Translations under genes and position numbers: made by a program
Notes under the pieces: model-generated
The model's database searches: none
Seen by the model: the letters and a program-made list of their open reading frames with translations, nothing else
What the model was told of the DNA's origin: nothing
Assembly: GCA_035084275.1 (NCBI GenBank)
Contig: CM068750.1
Location: forward strand, 8,680,001-8,744,000
Source of the DNA: Hydrolagus colliei
Taxonomy: Eukaryota
Direction of reading: 5' to 3'
Length of the DNA: 64,000 nucleotides
In this document: in pieces, positions 49,561 to 63,349 of the stretch
Numbering within the stretch: the first letter of the stretch is position 1
How the letters are laid out: each line of letters starts with the position of its first letter

Positions 49561-50138
49561 AGTTTCTGTAGTTAGGTGTTCCAGGCTGACATATTGGATG
49601 TTCCAGGCTCTGAAATCTGTGTAGGCTCTTGTCATCAGGCGATTCTGTATAAACACAGTCTATATGGAAATTGTGTAACCCAAGAAAGAAAGTGCATTGT
49701 TTTACAGTAAAATATTCCTCCTGCAGGAGAAGACTACAGACAGGACACTACAACTTTAAACTAAGATATTTATCTTTGTTGTTTACATTCTTGCATTGTT
49801 ACACTCTGAATATCAGATTTTGTTTTCACATGTGCAAACATTGCAAAGATTGTCTGTTGTGCAACCGAGGTTTTACTCTGATATTTAGTTTATGATTGTA
49901 TTTAACAATGTTTATATTCCAAACCTCTGGAGCTCGCCCTACCCCATCATCCCACCGCTCCCGTTTTGTCTTTAAATCCAACTTCAAGGTCTTCCTCTTT
50001 GAACATGCCTATGGACACCTCCTTCCTCTCTCCCTTTTTCTGCATTCTACTCCATTGATGTAAAAACGAGTTATGGACTTTGTTTTCCCAGTGAAGTTGT
50101 GTGTACGTGTTATGTGGCTGGGTAGAGTGTTTGCCAAG

Positions 50139-50196
50139 ATGCTTCACATCTTCAAATGATAACTTATAACAGTGCGCATTTGAAGATGTGAGGCAT
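50139..50196. repeat. 20-bp inverted repeat with 18-nt loop
   Basis: ATGCTTCACATCTTCAAATG / CATTTGAAGATGTGAGGCAT, one G-U wobble on + strand. Confidence 0.9.
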
Positions 50197-50839
50197 GTTT
50201 TGTATTCTGAAATCTATTAGCAAATCTCATAATACTGTAGTTTGAAATTCCTTGATAGGAAGTTCAGATCAGTTACACAATAGGTCACTATATTGCAGTG
50301 CATTGCTCTAGGTAAGACTTGTGGAACAATAATTATTGGATACATTGTACACTAATCAGCAATGTATTTCATTCAGCAAACCATAACTTAGTCCCAAATT
50401 ATTATGAGTTGCACTTAACAAATAACCTGGAAGAGAAGTGTAATCCAGCCCTTATTGGTGTTGGAGTAATTGTACTTTTTATCTAATCTCTCATGATTTT
50501 TCCATTCCTTATTCTCATCTCATGCAACATGAAGAGAAGACATTGACATTGAAGTTTGTATTAAAAGATGGAAAGCCAAAAATTAACATTTGTTGAGGTC
50601 AATTGAGTTTTGTGTACTTTGTGGCCTAGAGTGATATTGGATAATCACAAGAAATCTTTGGCTCATTTGAAAGCATTCCTCCAGAATACCACCCACTATC
50701 TTTGAAATACAGCATCAAGCTGTTTGTCAAGACAGTTCTTGCCTCAACCAGCCTCTCTGGTTATGAATTTGAGTGAAAAATATGTCCTGGTGTCTGTCTT
50801 AAACTTGCCAGTCACTAACCTGAACCTGCATCCTCTTTT

Positions 50840-50937
50840 TTGTTTCGCCCAGAAAATATAGTCAATTCAGTTTACAATATATGCTGTGAAGCACTTTGTG
50901 ATAAGGCGCTATATCAAATACAAAGATTATTATTATT
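50840..50937 (+). mobile_element. SINE 3' fragment
   Basis: GTTTCGCCC..GTCAATTCA..GCGCTATATCAAATACAAAGATTATTATT. Confidence 0.8.
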
Positions 50938-53900
50938 ACAGTGTGTCCCAACTGAAAAAGAATTCATGATATTATGCACACAGTAGAGAATTTGACTTGG
51001 TCCTGATTTCGATCATGGGACGGACCAGTGATGTCCTTCAATTTTAAGTCTGGTTGTTCTTTGAGTTTGAAAGCTAAAAACAAATCAGTGAATGACTAGC
51101 GTCTGATTATTTCCTGGTTCTTTAGTGCTTCGGAGTCTAGTGACATTCTTCTCTTGAGCACACACTCTCTGTTCATTTACTTATTTGTCAAGTTGATGGA
51201 AATTGGCGTTCATTGATGAGTTTTGATTTTAAAAAGTCACTCCTTGTTCATATTGATCTTCAAACTTGAATATGATAATGTTGTTTTACAGGAGTTCCAG
51301 TTTAGAATAGGATTGGCAATTTTTCCCCCCCTTTTTTAATATTTTTTAAAAAAGTAAAAGTTTTCTGTGCCATTGATTTACTTTAAATATTGATAGAACA
51401 GCTTGGAGACTGAAGGATTCCATAAAGCTGTGGTAAACAATGTGACAGATAAAACGTAACTAGGGGAAAGAATGCTGAAATGCCTTCATTTGGGGGGTAA
51501 TAAATGACCAGCAAACCGCTTTCCCAAAGTTTCAGGAAATGATTCAAAAGTTCCGACTTGATGGAAGGTCTTATTCCACCTCTTGTTCATTTGGCACCTG
51601 ATAAATCTCTGCTGGGGTTTGTTTATTTAGACGTAGAGTGGCATCAGCTACATGTCCATCACAAAGGATGATGGGGTTCTGTTTAGATTTTAGGGCAGTA
51701 TTTGTAACTGCGTTTGACTTTACTGCCATCATTTCTGCATATTTCTTTCCGTGCCATGTAGTGTTCTGAAGCAACATGAATCTGGGCTTGGGTTCCCTAA
51801 AAACAAACTATCTTTATTACAGTACTTTCATTTACAAAGCATATTTATAATTTTCATTTCTGAATATTTTTACATGCTTAATGCCATATAAAATTCACTT
51901 GATTGCATCATAAAAGTGCTTTTATTATTTTTGCTTTATAATCTGAAAGTATTTGAGGCAAATGAGACCAATATTTTCCCATAACTGTAAGGATTGTTTT
52001 ATTTAATAGTCCAAATTCTGCACACAACCTTTGCACACATAAATTTTTGGATATATTCTATAAATATTATTGCAAACAAATTTGTTGAAACTTTTACTAT
52101 AGCGTTGATCCTATTTGACTGGTAGGTAATCTCAAACTTCATTCTTGCCTTCTTGGAATATGTGCTAGTATTTCTCAATTATGTTTCTCTCTTTTAAATT
52201 CTGAAAGTAAAATGAATTGCAACTGTTTCCCTGTTAAATCCTACAGAGTCATTGACAGTAGAACTGATTGTTCAGGAGTTTTGAGACCACATTTCATTTG
52301 TGTTGTCTATCGTGGAACACGGAGATATAAATCTAGTATTTATATCAGACAGCCACAAAACCCTGAAACCAGCATTCTAGCTGTTTATTCTGTTTCTTAC
52401 CTTGAATAATATGTATTCGTTTGTTTTGACCAACAACATCTTTGCTCTGTTGACTGTGTGTTTGGAAAGCTGTGACCAGCACTGGGTTTATTCTGGTGAA
52501 TAACATTTGAATTTTTTAAAAATTATACCCCAAAAGGTTCACTTAGTTGAGAACTAGAACTGGGACCAGGAAGTTTAAATCTTTATGGCTCCCCTCACAC
52601 ATCAATCTTTTGAGGTTGATGAAATTAGTAAGCCAGATGTAGGTCAATGTCAATTCAATGCTCTATTTATGGTGGTCCAACCGTCTGAAGCTTCAGTAAA
52701 ATGTGATGTATCTTTAACAAAACATGTCCTCAACCTTGCAAGCTCAAACCTTCATTGACAAACAAACATGACTGTATTTTGTGTTAGATTAGCATGGATT
52801 TTCTTATGTTGTGTACAAATTATCCGTGTGTGTGTACTGTGTATGAAAGAGTAGAGAGAGAATAGTGGAACCATAGGTACAAGCCAGAAGCCAATGAAGG
52901 ACAGATATGCATCTGTAATTCATTATCTGAATATTTGTTATTTTGTATGTTTTGTAGAAAAATTCCACCTCCTTTTATCCACCAAGAAAAATGTCTAACA
53001 GTGTCATGGTGAACTGCTTGCATAGTGAGTGCACCAGCAATAATGAAGAACAATGACAATTCCTGACAGTGGTACAAAATTTATAGAAAAATAATCTGCA
53101 CATTCTGACATTAAAATGTCCACACGTATGGAACAGTATTGTTGCTCTACAACCAACTATAAACTGAAGTGCAGCAATCATTTGGTGATAACATCATCTT
53201 GTCTTCAATCCTTCAATTAGGATATCATAAAGATGCAAACTGAGACGATAGTTATGGCTGCTGACATCTGCCAAGATAAAGTGAAAGGAAAATAAAGTAC
53301 TAAAATATCATATCAGTTCCAGGAATTGCTGTGTTGAATGTTGTATATAATAAAAAATGGAAAGAATAAAAATTGTGATATTTCAGGGTTCACTGATCCT
53401 TGAATCTTGCTATGGTATTTAGGATGTCCTCTTGATGTGAAAGGTGCTACACAAGTGTAATTTTGTTGTATTTGTTGGACTGTATTTGGTGATATCTTTA
53501 GTTGAAATTATTTTCTTCAAGTCATTCCAAACCACTATTAATTCATGTCATTCATGTCAAGAAAAATGAAGGGATAAAGCACCTTGTATATCTTTTCCAT
53601 AAATGTAAATAAAACATAATGGTTTAGCAGAACCAAAGGACTCCCTTCTTGTATTTTCCATTATAGAGGTATTCTTTTCAGTCCTGACTTTTTAAATGAA
53701 TTTTAACCAAAGCTTGGGAATCAAAGGACACATTTAATATCTGCTATTCATTGAACTTCAGTTGTCAGACTAACAATCATAAGCACAGTCTTAGCGGTGT
53801 TGAATGTTGCTGTGGAATTCTTGTGGGAAAATGCTAATTCACCAAATGCATTATTAAAGTCACTGCTAACCACATTACCCAGTACTTAGATACAGAAAAA

Positions 53901-54443
53901 ACTGCAGTGTGCAGGCACTTTGAGTTCAGGGGAAATAACTTGAAATGTGGTTGATTGTGGGTTCTTCGATTTGCTTGTTCTCTTTCTGGACAAAGTGGGA
54001 GTTTGACGTATAAGTTTGAATTAAATGCAAAATGTGAAAAGTCATGCTTGAATAGGTTTTTGTACATTAGGGTTTGAATATGTGGCTATTCTAAGGTCGT
54101 TTAATTGAATGGTTCTGGTATTCTGACCAATGTTGGTTTCTGCTCCTTCTACTCAGTGAAATGTACAAAAGCCAAAGCTGTTTTGGTAAATTGTTTCCAT
54201 GACACCAACAAAATGAACAATTCATATCCAGTCTACATTCTGTTTACTTGTTTGACAAGCAAAATAAAATCCTCAGCCAAGGCTGCATGCGATTGGATAT
54301 TGGAAGCAACAAGCGGGCTGGAGTTACTGTATCTTAAGAAATAATTGTGCACACGACAGCTCTGCATTGCACTGAACGCAAGCACAAATCTTGGAGGTGG
54401 AATGCAAGAATACATTCCTCCCTCTCAGAATTGGTGTAGGAAA

Positions 54444-54485
54444 GACAAGATGGATAATATTGCTGACAAGATGGATAATATTGCT
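54444..54485 (+). repeat. 21-bp tandem duplication
   Basis: GACAAGATGGATAATATTGCT x2. Confidence 0.9.
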
Positions 54486-54779
54486 AACCCCACTCTCCCT
54501 CTTCAATTGGAAATTCTTCTTTGTGGTACTTGTGATAAACAATCATAAATGTCTCAAACGTGAGTGTGGGTTCACACTTCAGTTATACATAGGACACAAC
54601 CTCCCCACCACTGTTGTATCCTGACTCTCACATAAATTGTTATTCTAGAGGATTATTATTTTTTTTAAGTTTCAGTATAGGTGAGTCAATTGAAAATGTC
54701 CCGTGGAGTGCTTCTCTTTAGTGTTGCTGTTTCCATTAATAACAATTCTGAGGGGCACCTCAGTAGTTAGAGTCCTGTT

Positions 54780-55075
54780 GGAGTCTTGTACCTCAGTGGT
54801 TACAGCGCTCACAAGTACGAGACCTGGGTTCAATTCAAGGCAGGGCGAAATCTTGGGCAAGTTTCCTTACTCCACACACCTGATAATAATCCCTCAAAAA
54901 AAATTGGTCATTTCAATCCACGACTGTTTGTGGACACGGATATGCGCAATTGGCTGCCACGTTTCACCCACATATATAGGCAATTCACTTTACAGTATAT
55001 TCTGTGAAGTGCTTTGGGACATCTAGAAGATGTGATAATCGCTATATAAAATGCAAGGATTATTAGTATTAACAG
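54780..55075 (+). mobile_element. tRNA-derived SINE, full length
   Basis: Same family. Confidence 0.92.
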
Positions 55076-56659
55076 TATTATTAGAGCTTTCATTGGAAGA
55101 CATGGGCAAAATAACTAAAGAATTTGTACTGCACGTTAAATTGCTTGATGACCATATTTTGGAAAACATCTGCTGTATATTGTTTTATTGATTTCAGGTG
55201 CCCTCATGTGTACAGATACTATTTATGGCACAGCTTAGTTGAATTGATGTGTATTATGGCTATGGACTATTTTTATTGTAACTACTGTGTTTTCCCAGTT
55301 TGTATTTAACTACTAACACATTTGAAGCTGCCTTTTTTTTTTAGCACAGCTCCGGACCATACTTAATAAAAATGTTCTGGTTGATAATAAGCACATCATT
55401 GCCATCGCCATATTCTCCTTGGCGCTGATCTGGCTCCAAGGTGGCCTGTTGGTAACAGAATGTTGGAATTGTGTCAACCCTCTGTGGTGGTCGAGCTCGT
55501 CCAAATCAGGTGGATCCAAAACAATTCAAGGCACTGCTGAGACATGCCAGTCCAGCCTGGCTCATTGGCAGGAATTGTAGGCTCATTGTTCAACTTATAA
55601 AGATGGAAAATACATCATCCAAGATTCTTGTGTCATTAACAGAGGGTTTTTTTTAATATTTGAAAGGGATACCCAGGTCTAAATCAATGATGTAAAATTG
55701 TGGTATCACAGTCCTACAGGGACACACTTTTTTGCTGTTTTCATACTCCAGTAAGTACATATCTGCCGTGTTAATAGAATAATCTATTTTGGTTACATTT
55801 GTTCTCCACCATAATTACAGGAATGATATTAGCAGGACAGGTATCAGACCTTTGTGCTGTAGCTTGGAACTCAGTTAATGATGAGGTACTGACAAACAAA
55901 GCAACAGACGCTCAGGAAAAGTTCATAAACATTTAAAGTTTACTTTCTTTTTATGAGGACTGATGCTCATTTTCTACCGAGTTCTGCTTGAAAATAGATG
56001 CCTTTGTTGGTTTAAATCAGTGTAGCATTCTGCAGCATTACCATGGTGAATCAGCTGAGTGGGGTAAAGACTGTGCTTGCCTGGGCTGTATTTCTTTCCT
56101 GAAACAATCACGGTAACCTAGCATCGGGCAGAAGAGTTTCAATAATCTGACTGTATGATTTCAATAATACTGCTTTTTTACAATCGCCTCATAAAATTGT
56201 CACAATATGCAGAAAATATGTGTTTGCACTCTTGACTGAAAATTAGCTTGTGAAATGTGTTCCCTGATCATTTAACCATTATTTAGTTCCTAAGGGCAGT
56301 TTGTTAGGATTTACAGGACTCCAGTGTCTTTCTATAAAACATTTTCTATGGGAGAAGCATGTTGCAAAGAGAGGATGCTTTCATATTTTTTATATATCAG
56401 CAAGGAAAACCTAACTGATGTACATCATACGAATGGCTTGGGGGTACATCAGAGAATGTAAATATTATGTAGTTATAACTGAACTTGTTCAACTACTCAG
56501 CATTCTTATGTCCTCAGCACCTTGTATAGTGTTTTCCTGGTTTTAAGAGCAATCATTTTAACATTAGTGTTAAATGACATACTGTACTTCTTAGCATGCT
56601 AACGTTAGGTTTTCATCCTGTGGAGAAATATTTTCAGTACTGCATGGTGTTGGAGTGGG

Positions 56660-57190
56660 AATTAAGCATATTGGATGGGTAGGGAGGTGTGAGGGCATGA
56701 AGGGACTTGAAAACAAGTGAGAGGATGTTGAAATTGACCCATTCGGTCATTGGAAGCTAGTGGGGTCTGGCAAGGACTGGGATACAGGGTTTTATACGGG
56801 TGAGTATCCGGGAGTTTTCAATTAGTTGAATCTTGAATATGGTAGAGGTCGGGAAGTGACTAACAACAAAATTACATTTGTAGAGCAGCTTTCAAATTGG
56901 GAGGACGTCCCAAGGCGCTGAACAGTCAGCGTTTAGGACCCGAGCATGGTGGGGCAAAGGTGGGGACGCAGGGTAGATGTGAGGCAGAGAGGTAGGGGGG
57001 CAGCTGAAAGCACGGTCGAAAAAGATGGTCTTGTGTCAGGTCTTGACGGAGACAAGAAAGGGAGAAAGGGGAAGGGATTATAGGATGGAGTTCCAAAGAG
57101 TGGTGGTAGAGAGGCTGAAAGCCCAGCCCCTGGTGGTTGGGCAGCAGACATGGAGCAGGCCGGTACCTGAGGAATGGGGGGAGATGACAG
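56660..57190 (-). mobile_element. L2 LINE fragments
   Basis: Similar to the 3' regions at 11295-12250 and 49001-49560 (LWNS-coding, KTxLF, tail AGCGCCTTGGGACGTCC). Confidence 0.75.
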
Positions 57191-59264
57191 ATTGATAGTG
57201 AGTCAGCAGGCCAGAGTTGGGGATGAGGGTTTTGGCTACTTTGGTTGTAAGGTATGGACAGTGGCGGTAAATTAATATTCTTGAACATGATGACCCAGCT
57301 TTGGGAAATGTGAAACTGTGTTCAGGTTCTGTTCTTTGAAGTACAGGTATATTGGTTATGCAGGTTATACAGTGATGTTCATATGCTTTATGTCTGCATT
57401 ACTATTGACGTGCAACACAACAAAATTTAAAATGAGATGATCATTAAACTACTTGGGTCAGTGTATATATACAGTACTACATCCACTTAACAATGGACAG
57501 ATGGAAATCAAATCAACCTCATTTTTCTTACAAGGTTCACGATCCACGATGATCGTTCGAACGAGAATAAATGCTACCAACATCTGGATTTTGGAGAAAC
57601 TTTGCATGCAATGTAGACAGTACTTAAATTGAATTTAGTCTAAACTGCATTGAAGCGTTGTTTGAGAATGTTGAAGTCTACAGATGGGGAACTCAGATTG
57701 CATTTAGTAATCAGGATCACTTTCTTTCTGTTCAAATACAAAAGCAAACTCTAGTGTTTTGTACCTTGCCTGTAGTGCATATAGAATTGATTATTTTTTC
57801 TGTTGCCATGAACATTCAGAGATAACAAATCAGGTTTTTCTTTTTCAGATCAGACTGGGAGGAGCTGCAGGATGTTGTAAATGTACAGTAAATTGCACTG
57901 TATATTAAATTGAGTGTAATATCTGGAGGCTATGTACTCCCTTTACATTTACTTAATAGAAAGTCACATGGAGAGTTAAGTATAGTATGTTAATCCATTA
58001 CACTGAAATGCTTTTGAAAGAGCAAAGTCTGGAAAACGTAATTGCCGTTTGATAAACATCTGGAGAATACTAAATATTGAATCAGTACTTAGCAACAACT
58101 ACACCTTGCTGGGTACATGTGCTCTGCTACCTGCGCTACCAACCCACAAAACAGAACTAATTCAGTAAAGTACATTGAATGCTGCAGGGCTTGGCTTCAG
58201 ACATGGTGTGCGGTTAATGTTTCATACATTGCATCTCAGAACCATGCTGGGCATTTGAAATTTGGAATTAGCAGCGTCAGTCACAATTGCTGCATGACTA
58301 GACTATCCCTAGTGCTATGTACAAGACAAAGAGGCAAGAACATTGCATAGGGATAACACCAGCTGAGACTTGGAGACTTTCAGCAGTTTGACATTGATAC
58401 TGGAAAGGCTCCAGAATGGACATTTCGGCGCAAACAGTAAATTAAGTGATTGAGTGGCTTGAGAAAACCGTGCAAAAGAAGGAGGGGGAAATAATTGCTT
58501 TGTTTAAATCTTGCTATGGAAATGACAGCAAAAATGAAGACAAAAATGCAATTTTGGCAGAAAAACACAATATATACAGATCTCTTGGAAAAGGAGCCCA
58601 GCAGAAATTTAAGATGGGAGAGTTCATCAGAGTTCAACAGTTCTAAATTTACATAATTGCAGATTTTTTTGACTGCGCTCAAAGGGTTTGAACATTAATA
58701 ATTTGAACAATTCCAATTTATATTACCAGGATCTCCTTTTAGCCAAGGCCAATCTGAAAGGAAATATTGTGTAATAGATTTGTTCAGTTTTTTATGTTAT
58801 CTCACTATATTGGCTTTCTTTATTCTTCTGCTGGCATTTCTTGTTGTTCCATGTTCCATGAGGTACACTTTTTTTTACGATTTGTCTTGTGTGTAAACCA
58901 CAACATTTGTGCGGTTAGTGAAAAATCAATGTGCGATTGCAAAGCTAGAACATCAAGAAATCATGCCAAATGCCCAGCTGTGTGACATCTAGCATCCATA
59001 CTACCCCCGAAACCACAGTTACATCAGAGAAACCTTTTAAAAAAAAAAAATGTTTTTAAGGGTATGAGGGTTGACCAAACTCACCTTAAACTTAATAAAA
59101 TGAGCAATTTTCCAGTAATAGAAAAAAAACTTAACTTAAACTTTATTGAAGTAGGTTGGGGGAGAGAGTTTGGGGGTGGAGGATGGAGGGGCAAGTGGCT
59201 TCTTTTTGACTGGTGACATTAGCCTCAGTGCTGAGCTTTGAAACCTTCAATTTTTGTACCTCAA

Positions 59265-59402
59265 TCCATCCGCCTTGCTCCCTCTCTCCCCTTTTACAAA
59301 TCTCACCTGAAAACCTTCCTCTTTGACCATGCTTACTCTCCCTCAGCCCCCGAGATGTTACCCTGTGTGGAGGGCACTATATAATGTAAATTGTTGTTGT
59401 TG
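59265..59402 (+). mobile_element. L2 3' end fragment
   Basis: CTGAAAACCTTCCTCTTTGACC (LKTFLFD) ... GAGGGCACTATATAATGTAAATTGTTGTTGTTG. Confidence 0.7.
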
Positions 59403-59839
59403 ATGGTGGAACTCCAATTTCACTGATAATTTAATGGGGTTCAGAATTCAACTTGTCACAAGCATTAAAAAAAACAAGCAGTTAAGCACAATATTTTTAC
59501 TTCTCTGCTGTCAACATGAATTATTTTCTAAGAAATCCCAGATTTTAGTGTTCACATAGATCTATTTTCAGATCAGATATCCTGTGGGTCTGGATGATGC
59601 ACTTTGGAAGGAATCCTCTTTGCAACTCAGGAGTCCTTATTAAGAAATCTCCTTTGATTTAAACCCAGGTCATCTGATTAAAGCACAAAGGAGAAAAGGC
59701 CAATAATGCAACAGAGCTTTTTTAAGCATTGTCATGTATTTAAAGGAACAATATTGTGTAAAGCAAGTCTAAAGATACCTTTTTTAAAAAAAATAAATTT
59801 AAACTTGCCAGCAATGCTTTGTGTGCTCAGTACCCTTCT

Positions 59840-60180
59840 TTTGACAGGGTGAATAAGGCAAAAACTGTTTCCACTGGTGGGCGAATCTGTGACTAGTGGT
59901 CACAGATTTAAAACAGTTTCAAAATGAAGCAGAGGGGAGCTGAGGAGAATTCTTTTCACTCAGTGGGTTTGTTCGAATCTGGAATGCATTGCCTGAAAAG
60001 GTGGTGGAGGCCGATTTCATAACAGCTTTTAAAAGAGAATTAGATCTTTATTTAGGGAGAAAGGTCTGTTAAATTATGGGGAGAGAGCTGGCCAGTGGGA
60101 TTGAGTTACTCTTTTCAAAGAGCCGGCACAAACTAGATGGGCCGAATGGCCTTCTTTTGTGCCGTAAGATTCTATGATAT
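59840..60180 (+). mobile_element. CR1 LINE 3' end
   Basis: LFPL..ESVTSGHRFK...RILFTQ..IWNALPEKVVEA..FKRELD; GATGGGCCGAATGGCCT; ATTCTATGA tail. Confidence 0.88.
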
Positions 60181-61589
60181 GGTCAAAAAATGAAAAGTAT
60201 AACTGACCCCTAACTGGTCAAGCCTGCAATGATGACAATGGAGTCTCATAATAATATGGTTGTTGGAGGGTCGATAAATTCTAACTAGTGCTATAATCCT
60301 CCCAACGTCAAAGGCGCTTTACAAATGTAATCTTATATTGCATTATGGGGCATTTGTCTTAGTGCAATTCTTCCCTTCCCCATGGAACGTAGTACCTAAC
60401 TAGATTAGGTCATTAAGCCTTGTCGAACCTGCTCTGCCATTATATTAGATCATGGAGACCTTTTCATCTCATTCCCTGCCTTTCTCTATTTCTTTAATTG
60501 CTTCCCAAAATAGATATAACGGTCAGTTACCTATGACTCTATTTCTTTGCTGATACTCTCTTGAAGCTATAGTGAAGAACGGTGACTTAACTTAATGTTT
60601 GAAGCAAGCAACTAGCAAAGGAGCATGAGACAGAATGGAGTACTGTTCTTCATGTTACTTCATTATTGTAATTTGCTGACACTAAGCTGAGCAAAGGCAA
60701 CAAAAGCACAACAATTATGGGTTAAATGTACATGTGTTTGGCTTGTTAAAGGCAAGGCTAATAGTTTAGGTATGAGGTTACATACATTGTGCATACATAT
60801 TGTGGGAAGAAATTCCCAGATGGAATGTTAGAAAACGTTTTAATTTATCAAATATTCCTTCTGGCTCTGTTTAACTGTAATTTGGGCTCATGGGAATTCT
60901 GTAATGGCAAAGCACATCTACATAAATTTCTTTTACAGTACTTTCTTCAAGCGAGTTGTGATGGTTGTTCTATTCAGCATCCAGTTGACAAACTGCATCT
61001 GAATAAACAAATGCTTGATAAAGGCTGCCCTTGAAGTTGGTAAATCAATTATTTTCTTGTGAAGTCTGCATGGTTAGAAGAAAGCTCATAATAGTTTTTT
61101 TATATACATAAAAAAGGACTTGATGGGAATGAGTGCAGTTTGGAAAATGTATAATGGCCTCTTGATTGGCCACCATCCAAACTCCCAAAACACCAGAATA
61201 TTGAGTTCATCTGGTGTAAGCTGAATGTTACTTGAATGAAGGGTAAATCCATGTGCTTGACATTTATAGGTGACACTAGATTGAAGCCGAGTGGAAGTGC
61301 TTTCTAAATCCAAGCAAAATTGGTCTGGAGTTTAACTCTGCAACTACATGCTCAGTGTTTGTGTATAAATTTAACACCAGAACACCAGCTTAATTGTGTG
61401 TGACAAGTACAGCAATGAGAAATATTTTCACTAGTTATTATGAGTACTGTACTGATCTCCTATTTCTGATAGCTCCATATTGTTTCTTGACATTGATGTG
61501 AATTTGTTGTTGCTTTCTGGCACTGAGCTTCCATGAAAACAGCAGCTGGAGGCACAGAGGAACCCTTCTTGTATATTGCACCCTAATAC

Positions 61590-61740
61590 TAATAATAATA
61601 CTTGCATTTGGTATAGCACCTTTTATGTCAATAGGAAGTGCTTCACAGAATATTCTGCACAGTACTGTATATTGACCCTATATTTTGTAGGAGAATGTAG
61701 CAGCCAATGTATGCACAACAATGTCTCACAAATTGTAGTG
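61590..61740 (-). mobile_element. SINE 3' half
   Basis: Same family tail, reverse strand. Confidence 0.78.
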
Positions 61741-62354
61741 TTGACAAGCAAGCAATAATGCCCCCACAAATCACTGCTATGAGGTATTTATTTGAAAGTT
61801 TCTTTGGAGAACTGACAAAGTTGGCTAAGACTGAATGATTTGGGGAGCTATTCTTTTGTACCAATATTGCACATTTATTAGAGTTTATCTTCAAGCTACT
61901 GGATAATATTGGAGTCAAACTAATGTATAATAGTGTCTGCATCATTTACATTGATAGGATTATTCTTAATTTTACAGATTTAATTTTCTGTTCAGTTTGT
62001 TTCAAGGTTGCCAATCAACTGGCTTTTGAAGGCACAGCTGTTATTTCTCCAGGCAGTTGAAATCACCAAGACGACTTCCTATATGGTGTGAAAGGAGGCA
62101 AGTTGTAAATCACCCAGTAATGGAAAGACGTACCAGAATCTGCCTCCTGGGATGAAGGATCACTGTTGTTTTAGGGTAGAATACAAAGAGGGGGATGTAT
62201 CTGAAGAGGAGGAGAGTGGGCATGGGGGAAGGCAGAGAAGAGTGTGTAATTGGGGGAGTGACAATAATGGAAAATGGTGTGTGTGTGTCCAGAATTTGAA
62301 CATAGAGGAATGGTGGGCAGGGGGTGGGTGAGGGGGTGGGAGAGGGTGCAGAAC

Positions 62355-62630
62355 GATGACAACAGCAAAGTTACATTTTATAGCACCTTTTGCGTCAGAA
62401 GGCACTGGACAATTGGGGGGTTTATATCCAAGCTGGGCATTGGAATTAGATGTGGAGGGTAGGGTGGGATAGGAGCATGGTTGAAAGTATGATCAGCAGA
62501 ATGTCTTGAGATGGGTCTTGAACCTGGCAAGGAAGGGGATTCTTGGATGGAATGGTGTTAATAGGTTGCAGAAGTGGGGAGGAGCAAGGCCGTTTAGTGC
62601 TTTAAAAGTGAGGATAAGGATCGTAAACTT
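62355..62630 (-). mobile_element. Degraded L2 3' fragment
   Basis: Tail ...GGTGCTATAAAATGTAAC..(GTT) with G-rich L2-like body. Confidence 0.55.
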
Positions 62631-63057
62631 TTAAATGAGTGTCAACAACCAGCACAGGGAGTGAAGAATGTGGGAGGTGTTTGAGAGAAACGAGCGAAGG
62701 AAACTAGAGAACCAGGGCAGCCATTGTGAAATGACCCTGGTTCTACCTCCTTTAAGTACGAGTTGTTATTCATTGCAGATTGTGGCAATTCAACACCATA
62801 CCTGCTGCAGGATTTTAGTTTCCTTGTGTTTTTAATTATGCAGTGGTATGAAGGTAACAAACCTAAGCAGTGCCTTGCAGTGTCTGTCAGTTCCAGTTAG
62901 GAGCGCAAATGAAAACCTCAGGCTGCGCATCACTTGCGGCCTATCTGGTTGGGACAAGACTGACATTTTGATTATCTCTGGCAGGAAAAGTAATTTTATC
63001 TGATGAAGTTCACATCTGCTTAACAGTTTGCAAATGAAATATGTGTGATGTAGATGT

Positions 63058-63349
63058 GGAGTCCTGTAGTTCAGTGATTAGAGCACTCGCCTTGCAAACG
63101 AGAGACCTGGGTTTGATTCCAGGCAGGGTGAATCCTTGGGCAAGTTTCCTTACTCCACACACCTGATAATAATCCCTCGAAAAAAAATTGGTCATTTCAA
63201 TCCTGTTTGTGGGACACTACTGTGCGCAATTGGCTGCCGCATTTCGCCCACAACTATACAGTCAATTCACTTTGCAGCATATTCTGTAAAGCGCTTTGAG
63301 ACGTCTAGAAGATGTGAAAAGCACTATATCAAATGCAAGGATTATTATT
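63058..63349 (+). mobile_element. tRNA-derived SINE, full length
   Basis: Best-preserved copy, with intact head, body and tail. Confidence 0.93.

Noticed and set aside
54444-54485. CRISPR-like or regulatory array
   Set aside because: Only a two-copy slippage duplication in eukaryotic DNA, with no spacers.
63058-63130. tRNA-like sequences (here and at 3327, 20288, 42053, 54780 etc.)
   Set aside because: They are SINE heads: each continues into the same body and (ATT)n tail and lacks a proper acceptor stem.
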